Shown here: positions 59,601-64,000 of the stretch, piece after piece | Numbering within the stretch: the first letter of the stretch is position 1 | Layout: the number at the start of each line of letters is the position of its first letter | DNA from: Nemertoderma westbladi | Lineage: Eukaryota; Animalia; Xenacoelomorpha | DNA length: 64,000 nt | Direction: 5' to 3' | Assembly (NCBI GenBank): GCA_032718475.1 | Contig: JAUCBJ010007486.1 | Coordinates: 72,244 to 136,243, forward strand | Made by a program: the position numbers and the translations under genes | The notes under the pieces: model-generated | Told to the model about the DNA's origin: nothing | Seen by the model: the letters and a program-made list of their open reading frames with translations, nothing else | The model's database searches: none

Positions 59601-60856
59601 CAGCTGCTGAGAAGTTAGACAGCGCTGGATTCGCCATTTTCAAGGACGTTTGTATACAGAACTTACATTCATCTGTTATACAAAGACCTCGAATACCCAC
59701 GGGTTATTCTATCGTGGAAGTTCAGACAGTGGGTTCGCTTGAGGAGACAGCCGCACCTACCTCAGCTATGCAATTGGAAGACGAACCAATATGCTTAGAA
59801 TCTGAGGAGATTCAGCCTACAGCGCCCCGGAGCAGCGACAACGACTACGTCTTAGAATGGTATCAAGGTCCACAATCTCTCACCGCATACGATTATCGGC
59901 ACGCCAACTATGTTTCTCGAAAACGTTGCCGATTATGTGCATCGAGAGATCATTTCACCCCCATGGACTCAGACGTGCCCTGCTCCTATTTCCATGAACA
60001 ACCGGTGATGGAGATCTATTGTGCGTATTGCAGACTCAATAACTTGCACATTTTCGCAGTCTGCCCCCAATTTATGACTCAATGCCATCATTGTCAACTT
60101 AAAGGACATGCCAGTTTTGATTGCCCTTTTAACCGCGATCTGGAAAGCGTAGATGAGATGATTACCCTGCGCTACATTCGAGCTTGGGTAGCGAATGCGG
60201 ATTTACATTGTGAGTCACGCCATCGCTATTACCCTGGACGCGCCTACGAAGGAGTTTATGCGTTCCATCCTTATCTATTCGCGTCTGTTGAACAAAAATC
60301 ACGCACACCAAGTTACGAACTAATGAAGCATGATGGTGAGTGTATTTCCACCAAATTTGTTCGTAAATATCTCAGGAACATCAATCCTAACGATATTAAT
60401 TCATACAACTTGATCAATTTCATACGTCAAGACCCGGAGTATGGCGATTTGTTCATCAACTCGCATCCAGAGTTACAGGAAGTACATCGACGGCCCTACG
60501 AATATCGAGCCCAAGAACGCGAGTTGGAAAGAACCATTAAACCGAGGAAGTTTCTCACCACTCACGGTCCACCTACCGCTATCGTTCAGACGACTCATCA
60601 GGGACCAGTAGGAGCTGCTGTCCTAAAACGCGCTCTAAAAGCCGTTAGACCTCGCTCCACTGAGGTTGATATCGATCAACCAGGTACCTCGACCGGCGGA
60701 TACACCGACCGTAATCCCAAACCTTCCGATGCAATTGTATTGCACCCTTCACCCAGGAGTTATAGCCCTCCTAGTAAAGTGGCTCGCCCCAAAGAGAAAA
60801 GGACTCTTGCTAGCCTCAAAAAACTGCGTAAACGCCATCCTCGCAAGAAAGACTAA
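56603..60856 (+). CDS. BEL-B cargo frame (~1,417 codons, one internal TAA at 57806-57808): DEDDy-type 3'-5' exonuclease plus CCHC zinc knuckles
   Basis: ORFs 56603-57808 and 57812-60856 share one frame. Exo I VVTYDNE, Exo II LPQPVLEMLFNERILKIGSAVYED, FVDTQLIA, SIGHLAFQEYG, Exo III PL...PIYTIFE (~58700-59420). Knuckles CRLC....H, CAYC.....H....C, CHHCQLKGHASFDC (~59927-60124). Basic C-terminus. Confidence 0.75.
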
Positions 60857-60934
60857 CTGTTTAGAGTATTCTTATATTTTAGAAACTGTGATTTTTTATA
60901 TTTTATAGAATTAAAACCCATTTTCTGGGAGCGG

Positions 60935-62128
60935 TGTAAAGGCTTTTGCGGATTTAGCTGGTTATTTTCCCCGCAAAGTACTCTGTAGGTGTTTTAGCGG
61001 ACATAAAAAGCCGTTTCCTTACTGTACAGGTGTTTTAGTGGACATAAAAAGCCATTTCTTCTGTATGTGTACTTTAGCAGACATAACTAGCAATTTTATG
61101 CCGCAATGCACCAAAATACTCTTAATACAGTGTAGTTCAGATGACGACATCTATCAGCTGATATCTGATATGTCGACGTGTAGCTTTTGGCTTTCTTTGT
61201 TCAGGCTCATTCACTTGACCAATCAGAGCGATTTTCATTTTATTTGCACAGAGGCCTCCGGAAAATCGCGCAATGCATTATGGTCTTTGTTTACCTTTTT
61301 TCCTGAGCCCCGAACATCGGCTGTGGAATTATTCTGTGTTTCAGACTTTAGCCAAACATTAGAATGGCTTTGATCATAGAAATGTATAACTGTTATTCTA
61401 TCTACCACTTATCATATCATAACTATACATACCTTTCACCGCATTATTTTACTGCTATTTACTGTCGGTTATTAATTGTATCAGTTGATGGAATATTGTT
61501 ATATTTGGAGAATATCGATAAATAATCAGAAACCCCCAATCTTCTTGATATACTGAAGGTTAGAGAGACCGGTTACATATAGCAATTGCGACTTACCGGT
61601 ACATTATAGTGGATTTGGAGTGAATTGAATGCTATTTCATAGAACCTACATGTGTCAGTTTCTGTTCTCCTTATATATGATTAAAATTAGTGAAGGTCGG
61701 CAGATCAGTGTGCAGCAGTGTGCGGTAGTGTGCATGAGTGTGATAGATAACAAAGCATCTCCTAAAGAATGCGCTTTATACGTGAATCAATAGCCATCCC
61801 GTTGTGTTTAGTGTAAGTAATAACTCTGTTTACATACTTAGAGCGCCACGTCCTAAAGGAACTGTTAATATTTCCCGAAAGTGAATAATATTTGTCAGAG
61901 ATTATATATTAACGATCAATCGAGTAATACAGTAGGCCTACACCGCAATAAGGTCAGAGCATCCGAATCCAGTCTCCCTTAACCGTGGGTGAATGGTCGC
62001 GCATAGGCTGGCTTCGGCTAATGTAGCTTTATGTGTATCAAATACTTGTTATAGGCTAAAGTCGATTTATAACCTAGAAGACACCTAAATTGGCAGGTTA
62101 AACTGCTAAAGGTCTAAAAGCGCGAACA
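60935..62128 (+). repeat. 3' LTR of BEL-B (1194 bp)
   Basis: Direct repeat of 39412-40599, followed by TSD ATTTC. Confidence 0.96.
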
Positions 62129-62388
62129 ATTTCTGTTGTCCCGCTAGCCGACCACCACCTAGACTTGTCCCCACAGGAGTTCCGGGACGCCCTGGCGATC
62201 CGCTATGGTCGCCCCTTTGGGGCAGTTCCGAGCAGGTGCGATGGGTGTGGGGCCGCCTTTGATTTAACCCACGGTTTAAATTGTAAAAAAGGCGGTCTTG
62301 TCATCCAACGCCATAACGAACTGCGGGATGTTTTAGGGGATCTCACCGTGCTCGCATTTGGACCGCGTAAAGTGGTGCGTGAGCCGAT
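62129..62388 (+). mobile_element. Continuation of the CRE-like element (CCHC + RHN region before the RLE nuclease)
   Basis: DLSPQEFRDALAIRYG...CDGCG.....H...CKKGG....RHNELRD...VVREP; similarity stops before the PD..D/E.K nuclease motif. Confidence 0.88.
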
Positions 62389-63957
62389 TGTTAAACAACC
62401 GCGACACCTATACTAACAGCAGAACTGTTGAACAGACAAATACCCGTATACCTCTCTGCCAACCTAATGAGCTCTCGCCTAACCAATAAGACACAAAGAC
62501 TGCTCTACTGTTAAGTAAAGGGGATCAGGAGTGTGCTATTACTAAATTGTAAGGGTTGCTAAATACAAAACCGCTACTTACCGTTGGATGGCGCTAATCT
62601 GCCGTCCGCTAATATATTTTACTAAATTTACACAGCTCCTGCAAAATCGCTTGTTCCTTTCTCTACCGATCGCTCGATAGAGAGCTAACTGTTCGAATCT
62701 ATGAGCCACGCGGGAATAACCAAAACAATAAACCCGAGTCGGCTCCCTAAGCTTACTTAAGACGAGTGCGAGGGGCTTTGCACTCAGAGTATATTCTTAC
62801 GCCTAATTTTACTACTGAAATACGCCAATGCTTACGTCTTTTCTAATCGCGAATACTGAGGGTTCCCTAACGGAATGTGTGAATGCGAGAATATTTAAAA
62901 TAATCAAAATTGGTACAGTACAATGTCTTTCGTAGGTGATACCGCTCTGGGTCTAAACTTGCCTGCAGCTGGCTTTAGGCCAGCAACTTACTAGTGTCTT
63001 GCGTACTGACTATTGCGATCTAGTTTATTGCCCGCTAATTCAAATAACCGCTCAGCGTGAATAGTTTACGGTACTCTAATTATTACCTTAGCTACTCTCC
63101 GCTATGCTGCGTACTAATTCTTAATTTTACTAATTAATTACAGTCACAAATATGTAACAGCCTAAAATACTGTATTACTTTGACCTAATCAGTAATTATT
63201 TACAGTAAACTAAGAGATAGAAATCAATCAAAGGGAAAAGAGCGCCTATCTAAGCATTCGTAATCTTAGGCACACTTTAGTAACACATCAATCAGAGTCA
63301 GCAATCACGGATCACAATAGCACGACTTGCAATTATACAATCTGCAATTATATAATTCGCAACTTACTTACGTACTTACCCCCTTACTTACTTACTTACT
63401 GTAAGGTATGCAGGCCCCTCCCGGGTACATCTAGGCCTCCTAACTAACCCAATTCCTGCCCCCCTAATACTAAATAGAGACAAAACCTTGGATCATCAGC
63501 CCCTTAATTACTGTACCAGCGAGCGGTCTCCAACCTACAGTCCAAATCGCCCGACCGCAACGTTGACCCCCCGCCAGCGTTGCCCGCCTTTGAATCCTCC
63601 GCTCTCCCTTCGTCGCCCAACCCCCCGATGCGCCCACCGCCTACTGGCACCTTAGCCCTCCATTATGCTAATAGCTACCGTAGCGGCGCATGCAAATCAC
63701 AAAGTCTGACAGTCTCAGAAATCCCTTAGGATTATTGCGCAGAAAGGAATCACGTAGAACCATTAATCAAAAGGTAGAAATCATAGTTCAGTTGTAATTA
63801 GCAGTAATCGACAGGAATTAATTGAGAAACACAAGCAAGAATAATCGCACTCGAATTATTTTAAGAAACTAATCAAAATTAGCAAATTGCAGAAAATCAG
63901 TCAAAAAATACATAGGGACAGCTCAGCAAGTACAACAGCAATAATTGGGGTGTCACA
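62389..63957 (+). mobile_element. Probable 5' LTR (~1.57 kb) of a fourth LTR retrotransposon running off the right edge
   Basis: The CRE frame gives way at TGTTA... to unrelated non-coding DNA ending GGGGTGTCACA, immediately followed by PBS-like TGGGGTTCTACCGG. The partner LTR and TSD are not in the window. Confidence 0.5.
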
Positions 63958-64000
63958 TGGGGTTCTACCGGCACGCCGTCAATTTATAGGTGATCCGAGT

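Larger units (their letters stand above)
39412..62128 (+). mobile_element. Giant BEL/Pao LTR retrotransposon BEL-B (22.7 kb including nested BEL-C) with an extra 3' ORF
   Basis: Two ~1.19-kb TG...CA LTRs, 5-bp TSD ATTTC (39407-39411 and 62129-62133), purine tract GGGAGCGG before the 3' LTR. Removing the element restores the CRE frame SSGCISVVPLADHHLDLSPQEFRD. Confidence 0.96.

Noticed and set aside
56603-60856. Envelope gene interpretation of the extra ORF
   Set aside because: No signal peptide, transmembrane helix or fusion-protein cysteine pattern; motifs fit a nuclease with Zn knuckles.

Overview
AT-rich animal (invertebrate-like) genomic DNA dominated by repeats. Left third: a 63-bp satellite (1-11904), a frameshifted SEA-like/GPI-anchor exon (~12.1-12.85 kb), a 22-bp satellite (13.3-17.9 kb), a degenerate AT-rich repeat, and one clear host gene, an intronless ARMH1 (C1orf228) orthologue with an RFX X-box upstream. 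The rest is a nest of retroelements. BEL-A is a 3'-truncated BEL/Pao element (24287-~33.9 kb). A decayed CRE-like non-LTR element is split by BEL-B, a 22.7-kb relative of BEL-A (39412-62128, TSD ATTTC). BEL-B is itself interrupted by BEL-C, a young, unrelated BEL element with apparently identical LTRs (47308-54329, TSD GACGC). A probable fourth LTR starts at ~62389. The most interesting system is the BEL-A/BEL-B family. (i) Neither copy has a tRNA primer-binding site. In each, the 11 nt directly after the 5' LTR are the exact reverse complement of an 11-mer inside its own LTR, and the two copies use different 11-mers. This is the signature of Tf1-style self-primed reverse transcription. (ii) Between pol and the 3' LTR, BEL-B carries a ~1,417-codon extra reading frame with a WRN/EXD/Mut-7-like DEDDy 3'-5' exonuclease and CCHC zinc knuckles. 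All calls are from reading the sequence; no searches were run.
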